Made by a program: the position numbers and the translations under genes
Shown here: positions 1 to 10,035 of the stretch, one piece after another
How the letters are laid out: the number at the start of each line of letters is the position of its first letter
Numbering within the stretch: the first letter of the stretch is position 1
Origin: Squalus acanthias
Lineage: Eukaryota
DNA length: 64,000 bases
NCBI GenBank assembly: GCA_030390025.1
Contig: CM059440.1
Location: forward strand, 53,320,001-53,384,000
Direction: 5' to 3'
The notes under the pieces: generated by a model
Databases searched by the model: none
The model's input: only the letters and a program-made list of their open reading frames with translations
Told to the model about the DNA's origin: nothing

Positions 1-61
1 TTCTGTGTATTTTATTTCTGTATTGTAAAACAGAGAGTGCACATCAGCAGAGATACAGATC

Positions 62-179
62 TTGAATCACAGAATCATAGAAATTTACAGCACAGAAGGA
101 GGCCATTCGGCCCATCGGGTCTGTGCCGGCTGACAAAGAGCTCTCCAGCCTAATCCCACTTTCCAGCTCTTGGTCTGTA
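62..179 (-). mobile_element. CR1 LINE 3' tail fragment
   Basis: Microsatellite tail plus GGCCATTCGGCCC hairpin typical of CR1 3' UTR. Confidence 0.8.
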
Positions 180-555
180 CCGAAGTCTCTCAAATTTGCA
201 ATGGTCGTGGCAGTTTATTTATACATAATCAACCGTTAATTACCGGTTACGTAGGCTTTGGTAGATGCTTCCTGCTCTCTCAACTGTCCCAGACCCAAGG
301 TCCTTACTTCTGCCTTTCTGCAGTTTTGTTTATCTTATCCATCCTCCAGCTACCATTATCTTTGTTCATTGTTCCTGATTCAAGGTTTCGTGAAGAAACT
401 TTATTACAACTGCTGCTACTGTTAAATGCTTTGGTCTGGTTTTGGTCAAGCTTCCCATCATGCCTTGCAGTTACAGTAACATTTTAATAGCATGGCTTCT
501 AACGCAACTATAATATACATGTAAAGGTTATCCAAACCTACAGGTTACCCTATCA
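176..555 (-). repeat. Putative 3' LTR of the ERV
   Basis: Begins TG (555-554) right after the purine-rich tract CAACAGGAGGGAC; minus-strand AATAAA at 219-214; possible terminal CA at 177-176. No second copy in the window to confirm boundaries. Confidence 0.6.
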
Positions 556-754
556 GTCCCTCCTGTTGGCTCCTGGTCAGACCTCGTCTGATCCAGGTAG
601 GACATACCTAAATCCCCGAATTCTCTACCTGCTGGATTGTCCAGGGATCCAACTGGACTCCCGCAAGTGTCAAATCCATAAATTATATGGTCCTCTTACA
701 GCCTCACCAATGTCCTAGTGGCATTGGCTGTGCTTGGGACCCAGTCGGCCAGAT

Positions 755-2559
755 TTATATCGCATACGCGTCCCACTTTTCCCCAGTCTCTGAGAGTGGC
801 ACCTTGGCTACTGACACCGGGGCGTATCCCCTATTTGACATCATCACCATTTGCACCACTTGGGATATCATCCGTTTTTGATAGCAACAGATGCATATAC
901 TGATGATAAGGACGAGTGTGGAGGCGATGGCGGCTGCCATTCTACCTATGTCCCACCAGTTAGGCTGTCTTTGGCCCCCTCCTACTGGGCCTATGGCTGA
1001 AGCTCCCAGCCTTCCAGCCGTTCTTTTGGTCAAATCCACCTCCACTCTTCCCCGTGAGGGCCTGTTTACTCTGTGCAATGTATTCCATTGTGGCTTTCAA
1101 GGCCTGTTCCACCGCCACCCTAGCGGCCCTCTCTGGTGTATCATCCACACTCAACTCGTCATCCCACCATGGGCTGAAGACCAGGCCGGCGAGGGTTCTG
1201 CCTGGTAGATGGAAATCTCCCAAGGTGAGAGAGTCTGAAACTTGTAGGCGAAACGTATGATTATTTGCACATACCAATCCTCCGTAGAGGTAGTTCTTCT
1301 CGTCGGCAGAAAACACCACTGAGTCGGAGATGCCTGAATTGCCCTAAAGGCTCCTTCCAGAGGCTCTACCATCACCACCACTGCTGAGCCCTCATCTATC
1401 GGTTTCAGGGTGCTACAGGTACACACTATGTAGTGCTCCGACTCAGTACAGCACTCATCCGTGGTCATAAGGAGGGTGCCTTCTTGCCAGGTGTGACGTA
1501 TCCGCGGGTACCCACCCGGTACGCCGATTCACCTCTGACCACTCCCAGAGACTCTACTTTACATTCCCCCTGATATGTCCCATTTTTGTGCCTCTGTGGC
1601 ATCATCATTAGAAATCTAAATGCATCCGCAGGCCCCCCGCCTGCTGATTGGGTTACCAAGAGCTCCTGTCTATCTTCCTCCCAGTTAATCAGATTGAGAC
1701 TGCTGACTTCCTTCTGTGCATGCTGGGGCACCGTCCCAAACCTGATGTCTTCAATGTCTGATTCAACACTGTCAATCAAGTCCTGAGCCAGCATATCACA
1801 TGCTCAGCCCTTGGACTGTAAATCAGTCACCTTTATTACGGCTTTCCCTAGGTCCTCTATACCTCTCTGTAACCCGGTTCCCTGCACTTCTACTGCTGTA
1901 AGCGCATACTCCGTTCCCTGAGCTGTGAAGCGCAGGCCCTTGGCGCTTTCCTGCACCACCCAGGAGGCATAGCTACCCAGGCCTGTGATTTGCCATGAAT
2001 TTAGGACCGAGTTGGCACTTCCAAACAAAACCCTAACTACCCTAATATACTCCGTCTCCGCCGCCCCTTGGAGGCCCTTACTTCGGGGGCCATGCGGTCC
2101 TTATAATCACTAAGTAATCGCTGCAATTTATGCTTCGCCCAAGTAATTGATGCTGGGTGATCACCACAATTGGCCTCTAACGCCGGCACTATACTGCTCA
2201 GGTTATAGGTTACTTCTAAAGTGACTATAGTTACATCTTGTAAGAGTGCCTTCGGGCCCCGACCCTGATCATGCCATCCGTTGGTGGTGGCACCGTGGTG
2301 GGACATTGCGACGGCTTTTGATATCCACATGTTGTTAAATCAAAGCATCTTATATCAGTACATCCCAACCGCTTAAGAACATCGCTACACAATTCTTGGC
2401 AATATTGTCCCTCAAGTCCTGCTTCCCAAATGAATGGGGGTAATTTAGTCCACCCCTGCTATAATATTGACGGTACTGATGACCACACCCATCGTTTTTC
2501 TGCGCTGCCCCTTGTGCGGCGAGCAGGAGTATAACCAACGTCCCAGTCCCGTGCATCAT
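755..2559 (-). pseudogene. env: ERV envelope, class I fusion protein with paramyxovirus F-like architecture (disrupted)
   Basis: Signal-like TLVILLLAAQG; furin site GRRRR/S; fusion peptide SILG*LG(F)LFGSANSV; heptad region; ACDMLAQDL; Cys cluster DECCTESEHYIVCTC; TM MAAAIASTLVLIISICICCY; tail with YAPV motif. Confidence 0.8.
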
Positions 2560-2577
2560 CGTATATGCCGGTGATCA

Positions 2578-3070
2578 TTATATCTCCATCAGTATCCACG
2601 CTAGTTTGTAGTTGTGTATAATTGTCACTTCTGGGTCGATAACAGGGATCCAGACCGAGTTGAAGGAGTCTGCTTGCATGATGCCGGGACGGACCTCAAG
2701 TTCATCTGACCAACCGCCCGGGGCGCCGTACCCTGATCTTTCCCTTTGTGATGGGCAGTTCCAATCAGACTGGTTGTCCGGGAGTGGACAGTTCATGGTT
2801 GTTGCCACAGATAGGGTCCCAGTATCCTTGTCCCATGTTACATTTGGGATATATTTTCCATACCTTGGTTGTATGGGTCCGTGCGGTGACCCTGTCCGTG
2901 ATCCATATACTGGGTTTCTTTACCCATTCCCCTTTTCCCTCCTGTGGCAGTTGCATGTATTGTCCTGGATGCAAACAAGTACTTTTATCGATGTGCACGG
3001 TGGGCGCCTCCCACGCTACCGTAATTGTCAGGAGGGTGATCGCTGTCACGACCGTCCACCAGGCCGCCAT
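2578..3070 (-). pseudogene. Signal-peptide-bearing Cys/Trp-rich ORF between pol and env (accessory gene or env N-terminal module), frameshifted
   Basis: MAAWWTVVTAITLLTITVAW start overlapping the pol end; continues through overlapping ORFs 2765-3070 and 2578-2808. Confidence 0.55.
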
Positions 3071-3860
3071 TGTGAGATAACTTTATCTGAAACAAAGTAA
3101 TTAAGAGATCTGCTGCTAGCTTTCCTGTTGGTAGAAACAGAATGTGAGTCATACGGCTTAACCTGGGACCAATGTTTCCACCTACCCTCTTTTTGTATGT
3201 CCAAACACACACATGTATCGCTGGTCATTAGGACCGTGTAAGGCCCAGACCACCGAGGCGCCAGTCCCGGTTTGGACGGCACCCCTTTTCCCATTACCCT
3301 GTCTCCCACCGTTGGGAGCCCCGATGACTCGGGTTCAGGCCCACGCCCGTGTCAATCTGCCGCTTCTTCCTGCTGCTTTACTTCCACTTTCATCCCTTGA
3401 AGCTGTTTACACAGCTCCGCAACATACCGTGTAATTCTATTCCTCAGCGGCCCTGTTTCACTCCACCCTTCTATCACCCCTTCTGGTAATCTCATAAATT
3501 CCTAGTCATTAATTCATACGGAGTCAGTCCTATTGTCCGGTGCCCGCAACCTCATTAATATGGTCAGGAGGACATCCACCCAGTTCTTACCCGTGCTCGC
3601 AATCGCTTTTGCTATAGCCCTTTTCAGGGTTCTATTCGTACGCTCCACCATTCCGGAACTCTGAGGGTGGTAAGGTATGTGGAACCTCTGCTTTACCCCC
3701 TATAACTGACATGCCCTCTTCATGACCCTACCCGTAAAGTGGTTCCCCTGGTCTGAATCTATTTGTAGGGGACCCCCCACCAGGGTATCACCTCCTCTGC
3801 CAAGATTCTTGCGGCCATATCGGTGGTGCAATTTCGTGTTGGGAAGGCCTCTACCGCTAG
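3046..3860 (-). pseudogene. pol: Retroviral integrase (catalytic core and C-terminal domain), disrupted
   Basis: VEAFPT...EEVIPWWG, IDSDQGNHFTG, HIPYHPQSSGMVERTNRTLK (DDE core), PRWSGPYTVL...WKHWSQVK (GPY/F module). Confidence 0.9.
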
Positions 3861-3864
3861 TTCA

Positions 3865-4130
3865 CACTGATGTTCTTCTCTTTCCGTTAATATGCCGCCT
3901 GCAGGGTTTAATCCACCGTCTTTAACAATCTGTACGGACTTATCCTTTGGGATAAGTACCGCTTCCCACGCTGCTCTTCGGCTATCTGGTACTGCTCTTA
4001 ACCATCCAGTATTAAGTAGGATATTGTTTATGTGGTTTGTGGGTTTCCCCCTTGATCATGACGGGTGTCATATCGACCCTCCCGCAATCCTGTTTGTGTC
4101 TAGCCCTTACCTCTGGAAATTGGGAACACA
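3865..4130 (-). pseudogene. Remnant of reverse transcriptase N-terminus (remainder of RT/RNase H deleted)
   Basis: ARHKQDCGRVDMTPVMIKG followed, after a frameshift, by KPHKQYP, matching the pre-RT DxG...QYP motif. Confidence 0.5.
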
Positions 4131-4939
4131 CAAGCCCAAAGACGCCCTCAGCCGTCCAATCCAAATTCCATGTAACTCTTCACTTAAACTTCAATTTCAA
4201 TTCCTCGAACAGGTACCAGTGTGTTTAACTCTATTCTGATTGTTCCATTAATGAGATAGTTTCTTGGTGGAGTATGTGTCAATGCAGGGACACAAATTTC
4301 TCCAAGAGAAAGCTTTCAATTTACTATTCGTAACTACACTTTTCTGACTTTCACTAGAAAGCTAGGAAAGTTATCATTTGGTAGTGTAATTTTCCTGTTT
4401 CTATCTTACACCCTCAATCATTTCCTCTCTCCATTTTACACATCCCATTAATTACCATTCATATCTCATTCATGAGCCCTGGAGGAACTTTACCGTCCAG
4501 TACAATATTTAAGATAGAAAACATAGCTCAAACGTTCTCTCTTGGTCCAAGTTATTAACACTTTTTATTTATCATTATTTTAGAGGATCTTTTATTTTCC
4601 CAAAAGTAACCCAATATATAGTGCCTGAGTCCATTTTGTCATTTCAAAATTATTCCCAAATCCAAACAGCAGTATTGTTGAACTGACAGGTTTTGTCAAT
4701 GTTCAATTTCAATTCTATCAATTTATCTTATCAATTCCAATTTCAGAAACAAGTGATTCCCAGGCTGGGTGGTTTACACGGTGTTTTAACATTAGAGACA
4801 GAAGTGCTACAATTAGTTTACAAGGTAACTTTCATATAACAAAAGAAAGCAGAGAATCCATTGTGGCTCTGTTTAAGAGCCCAAGGAGTAAATTTATCAA
4901 ATCATAATTTTCCTTCTGCCACTGTGGGGAAATATTAAC

Positions 4940-7470
4940 TTTTTTAATTCGTTTATGGGATCAGGGCGTCGCTGGCAATGCCAGCATTTATTGCCCATCC
5001 CTAGTTGCCCTGAGAAGGTGGTGGTGAGCCGCCTTCTTGAAACGCTGCAGTCCGTGTGGTGAAGGTACTCCCACAGTGCTGTTAGGTAGGGAGTTCCAGG
5101 ATTTTGACCCAGCGACGATGAAGGATCGGCCGATATACTTCTAAGTCAGGATGGTGTGTGACTTGGAGGTGGTGGTGTTCCCATGCGCCTGCTGCCCTTG
5201 TCCTTCTAGGTGGAAGAGGTCGCGGGTTTGGCAGGTGCTGCCGAAGAAGCCTTGGCGAGTTGCTGCAGTGCATCTTGTAGATGGTACACACTGCAGCCAT
5301 GGTACGCTGGTGGTGGAGGGAGTGAATGTTTAAGGTGGTGGATGGGGTGCCAATCAAGCGGGCTGCTTTGTCCTGGATGGTGTCGAGCTTCTTGAGTGTT
5401 GTTGGAGCTGCACTCATCCAGGCAAGTGGAGAGTATTCCATCACACTCCTTACTTCTGCCTTGTAGATGGTGGAAAGGCTTTGGGGAGTCAGGAGGTGAG
5501 ACACTCACCACAGAATACCTAGCCTCTGACCTGCTCTTGTTGCCACAGTATTTATGTGGCTGGTCCAGTTAAGTTTCTGGTTAATGGTGACCCCTAGAAT
5601 GTTGATAGTGGGGGATTCAGTGATGGTAATGCCATTGAATGTCAAGGGGAGGTGGTTAGACTCTCGGTTGTTGGAGATAGTCATTGCCTGACACTTCTGT
5701 GGCACGAATGTTACCTGCCACTTATCAGCCCAAGCCTGAACGTCGTCCAGGTCTTGTTGCATGCGGGCATGGAATGCTTCATTATCTGTGGAGTTGCGAA
5801 TGGCGCTGAACACTGTGCAGTCATCAGCGAACATCCCCATTTCTGACCTTATGTTGGAGGGAAGGTCATTGATGAGAGCAGCTGAAGATGGTTGGGCCTA
5901 GGACACTGCCCTGAGGAACTCCTGCAGCGATGTGATGATTGACCTTCAACTACCACAACCATCTTCCTAGGTATGACTCCAGCCAGTGCAGCATTTTCCC
6001 CCCAATTACCATTGACTTCAGTTTTACTAGGGCTCCTTGATGCCACACTCGGTCAAATGCTGCCTTGATGTCAAGGGCAGTCACTCTCACCTCACCTCTG
6101 GAATTCAGCTCCTTTGTCCATGTTTGGACCAAGGCTGTAATGAGCTCGGGAGCCGAATGGTCTTTGTGGAACCCAAACTGGGCATCAGTGAGCAGGTGCC
6201 GCTTGATAGCACTGTCGATGACACCTTCCATCACTTTGCTGATGATTGAGAGTAGACTGATGGGGCGGTAATTGGCCGGGTTGGATTTGTCCTGCTTTTT
6301 GTGGACAGGACATACCTGGGCAGTTTTCTACATTGTCGGATAGATGCCAGTGTTGTAGCTGTACTGGAACAGCTTGGCTAGAGGCGCAGCACAAGTCTTC
6401 AGCACAATAGCCAGGATGTTGTCAGGGCCCATAGCCTTTTTTGTATCCAGTGAGCGCAGCCATTTCTTGATATCACGTGGAGTGAATCGAATTGGCTGAA
6501 ACCTTGGGAGTAGGCCGATATGGATCATCCACTTGGCACTTCTAGCTGCAAATGCTTCAGCCTTGTCTTTTGCACTCACATGCTGGGCTCCACCATCATT
6601 GAAGATGGGGATATTCTTGGAGCCTCCTCCTCCCCCCATTAGTTGTCCACCACCATTCACGACTGGATGTGGCAGGACTGCAGAGCTTTGATCTGATCCG
6701 TTGATTGTGGGATTGCTTAGCCCTGTCTATAGCATGCTGCTTCCACTTTTTAGCGTGCATGTAGTCCTGTGTTGCAGCTTCCCCAGGTTGGCACCTCATT
6801 TTCAGGTACGCCTGGTGCTGCTCCTGGCATGCTCTTCTACACTCATTGTTGAACCAGGGTTGGTGGTAATGGTAGAGTGAGGGATATGCCGGGCCATGAG
6901 GTTACAGATTGTGGTGGAATACAATTTTGCTGCTGCCCCACAGCGCCTCATGGATGTTATGAGCTGCTAGATCTGTTCTAAATCTATCCCATTTAGCACG
7001 GTGGTAGTGCCACACAACACGATGGAGGGTGTTCTCAGTGTGAAGACGGGACTTCGTCTCCACAATGACTGTGCGGTGGTCACTGCTGCCATGGACAGAT
7101 GCATCTGCGACAGGTAGATTGGTGAGGACGAGGTCAAGTAGGTTGGTCCCTCTTGTTGGTTCACTCACCACCTGTCGCAGGCCCAGACTGGCAGTTATGT
7201 CCTTCAGGACTCGGCCAGCAGTGGTGCTACTGAGCCACTTTGGTGATGGACATTGAAGTCCCTCACCCAGAGTACATTCTGTGCCCTTGCTACGCTCAGT
7301 GCTTCTTCTAAGTGGTGTTCAACATGGAGGAGTACTGATTCATCAGCTGGGGGAGGGCGGTAGGTGGTAATCAGCAGGAGACTTCATGGGGTCCGGAGTC
7401 AATGTTGAGGACTCCCAGGGTCACTCCTTCCTGACTATATGCCACTGTGCCGCCACCCCTGGTGGGTCTG
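4940..7470 (-). mobile_element. Non-LTR retrotransposon (CR1-superclade, poly(A)-tailed), degraded ORF2, inserted in the ERV
   Basis: Endonuclease PTRGTNLLDLVLTN..SDH; RT QFGF, ALDIKAAFDRVWH, MFADD; 3' tail GGGCAATAAATGCTGGC...poly(A). Confidence 0.9.
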
Positions 7471-7479
7471 TCCTGCCAG

Positions 7480-7710
7480 TGGGATTTCCTTCCATAAAGG
7501 ACATTAGTGAACCAGATGGGTTTTTACGACAATCCGATAGTTTCATGGTCACCATTACTGATACTAGCTTTTTATTCCAGATTTATTTCATTAACTGAAT
7601 TTAAATTCCCCAGCTGCCGTAAGTAGGATTTGAACTCACGTCTCTGGATCATTAGTCCAGGCCTCTGGATTACTAGCCCAGTGACATTACCACTACGCTA
7701 CCATTCCCTG
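7480..7710 (-). mobile_element. tRNA-derived SINE (family sharing the poly(A)-LINE tail), 5' part
   Basis: A-box-like GGTAGCGTAGTGG and B-box-like GAGTTCAAATCC on the minus strand; same body as the copies at 27248, 31290, 54372 and 59388. Confidence 0.75.
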
Positions 7711-8734
7711 TTAAAATTAAAGAAACTTAAATTTAATAATGTCCAATATCTTTAAATTTCATTCAGCAATACTAAAATTGTTGCTTGGTGAACTTAAACA
7801 GCTGTCAGTGGAAAGGGTTAACTCCTTTGTAGGTTTTTTAAGAAGGCAGAGCGGAACATTTACGTAAATTTATTAAAAAAAACTTTCCCGAACGAAAAAG
7901 ACTTTCACACTTTAACTAAACACGAACAGAAGAGATAAAACAAAACAAAATAGCACATGCTTGCACAAAACAGTACATTACGTCATATTTCTTATTGTCC
8001 TTTCTTCAGATGCCTTTCCAAATGACTGTAAAAACATTGAATAAAACTGGAGAAAAATTAGTTTTTCACATTTAAACAAGTTGCTTTGGAAGATTTCACC
8101 ATAGCAACCGCGACTCCAAGGTTAAATCTTAGACTGAAACTTAATCTTTTGTTAAACAAACTTTTTGTTTTTCTCAGTTTTTCCACACCAGCTTAACTTA
8201 AATTGTAGTTTGAAGTTTTGTTTCGATTCTGGGTGCACAATCTTATTCACACATTGTTAAAACTTCCAAAATCCAAGACAAGACAAAAGGGTTAAACGCT
8301 TTTTTAACACCGGGAAGTGGGTGGAGCTAAAACACACAACAGACATTTTTCTTTTTTTTTAAGGACAGACTTTCAGACAAAAGGAATACTGTAACTTCTT
8401 CAACATCCATAGTCAGGAAAACTTTCACACTTTAACACACACTTTCACACAAACTAAAATTCCAGCATTTTTTAAGGTTCCTTTCACTCAGCAATCTTGT
8501 GTTTTATTTGTCTCAGCACAGACGTTAATAACTTCCATGTCGGTAAAACTTTAGGTTTCTCTCTTTCTTTTTTTCTTAAATTGGCGTCTCAGCAGCTTTC
8601 CCTGGCTTTCCAAATCCCTGTTTTTTTTCTTCCTTTGCTGAGTTTTCAGATTGGTTAGCCTGCAAATTAGATCACCTGGCTTCCTCAAGATTCTGCAGTG
8701 CGGAGCCTGCCTGAACCACGTTTACTCTCTGCTG

Positions 8735-9212
8735 CTACATGATCGCAGCAGATGAGGCAACTTGGCACGGCAGAAGCTCGATCTGATTTTGTTGTTCTAA
8801 CATTTTATCATCCTGTGTGAGGATAACATCATCATCTCGCTCCCATTCTGCTGCCTCTCTCTCTAAATCATCCCAATCAACCTCCTCACTATCATTCCTT
8901 CCACTTTGCACTGACCTTGCCTTCAATACAGCGGCACACTTGACACCCACCTTTTTTAACTGTTCCACTAACTCCTCTTTTTCCTTCTCCCGTGTGGCTC
9001 CAATCTTACACATTTTTCAGGTGGACCTGACAAAGAACCACCACAGTTTTCTCCTCCTTATTCTTGCTCTCCTTACTCCACCGTTCTTTCTGTCGGCCGG
9101 GAACCCATTCAGGATCCCAGCCTTCCTTTCCCATTCTTTTTATTACCTTGTCATGTTTATTTAACAAATACTCCGTTGTGGATCCCTGAGGACCCGGCTT
9201 TCCCTTGGCCAT
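8735..9212 (-). pseudogene. gag-like N-terminal ORF (frameshifted), highly charged/coiled-coil
   Basis: ATG at 9212 (MAKGKPGPQGSTTEYLL...), continues as REKEKEELVEQLKK...DWDDLEREAAEWE; lies 5' of pol on the same strand and downstream of a leader with a GGTGAGTA splice-donor-like site (9458-9451). Confidence 0.55.
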
Positions 9213-9480
9213 CTTACCTACTTAACTCTTTAGAAATCGCGGGGGTCTTCTACCCCCAGAGAGACACCCTTTAAGCTCTCTCCCCCTGCCCTCACCTGGC
9301 CGTTGGCGACCACAACCACTTTGCAACGTTGCCCTCTCTCTCTCTCTCTCACATGACAGCCGTTCTGACTCCCTATTGTTCGAGATCCCTGATAGTCCGA
9401 GGGACCGCTCCATGCCCACAGACCTAACTACTGGGTGGTATAAATGAACGTACTCACCCCACTTTGTCTGTTGGTTGATG

Positions 9481-10035
9481 TTTACGGCACAGAAGGAGGC
9501 CATTCGGCCCATCGTGTCTGTGCCGGCTGAAAAAGAGCTCTCCAGCCCAATCCCCACTTTCCAGCTCTTGGTCCGTAGCCCTGTAGGTTGCGGCACTTCA
9601 AGCGCATATCCAAGTACTTTTTAAATGCGATGAGGGTTTCTGCCTCTACCACCCTTTCAGTCGGTGAGTTCCAGACCCGCCACCACCCTCTGGGTGAAAA
9701 AAGTTCTCCTCAATCCCCCCTGGTTATTGACCTCACTGCTAAGGGAAATAGGTCATAGAGTCATAGAGTTATACAGCACGGATAGAGGCCCTTCGGCCCA
9801 TCGTGTCCGCGCCGGCCATCAAGCCCTGTCTAGTCTAATCCCATATTCCAGCATTCCAGCTTCCTATCCACTCTATCTCGGCCCCTCATAATTTTATACA
9901 CCTCAATTAAATCTCCCCTCAGCCTCCTCCGTTCCAAAGAAAACAACCCCAGCCTATCCAATCTTTCCTCATAGCTAAAATTCTCCAGTTCTGCCAACAT
10001 CCTCGTAAATCTTCGCTGTACCCTCTCCAGTGCAA
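9481..10035 (-). mobile_element. CR1 LINE 3' fragments (nested tails)
   Basis: ALERVQRRFTRM...[28 protein letters not shown] plus two 3' UTR tails. Confidence 0.85.

Larger units (their letters stand above)
176..9478 (-). mobile_element. Degraded endogenous retrovirus, lokiretrovirus-like (leader-gag-deleted pol-ORFX-F-like env-PPT-3' LTR)
   Basis: Colinear minus-strand remnants of a gag-like ORF, RT N-terminus, integrase, envelope, polypurine tract and LTR; many stops and frameshifts; interrupted by LINE/SINE at about 4940-7710. Confidence 0.85.

Noticed and set aside
687-4239. Plus-strand ORFs over the ERV (e.g. 2612-3100, 891-1208)
   Set aside because: Antisense shadows of minus-strand coding sequence with no motifs of their own.
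9295-9312. Possible primer-binding site (TGGTCGCCAACGGCCAGG on the minus strand)
   Set aside because: Only partial resemblance to a tRNA-Lys PBS, and it is not preceded by a copy of the LTR.
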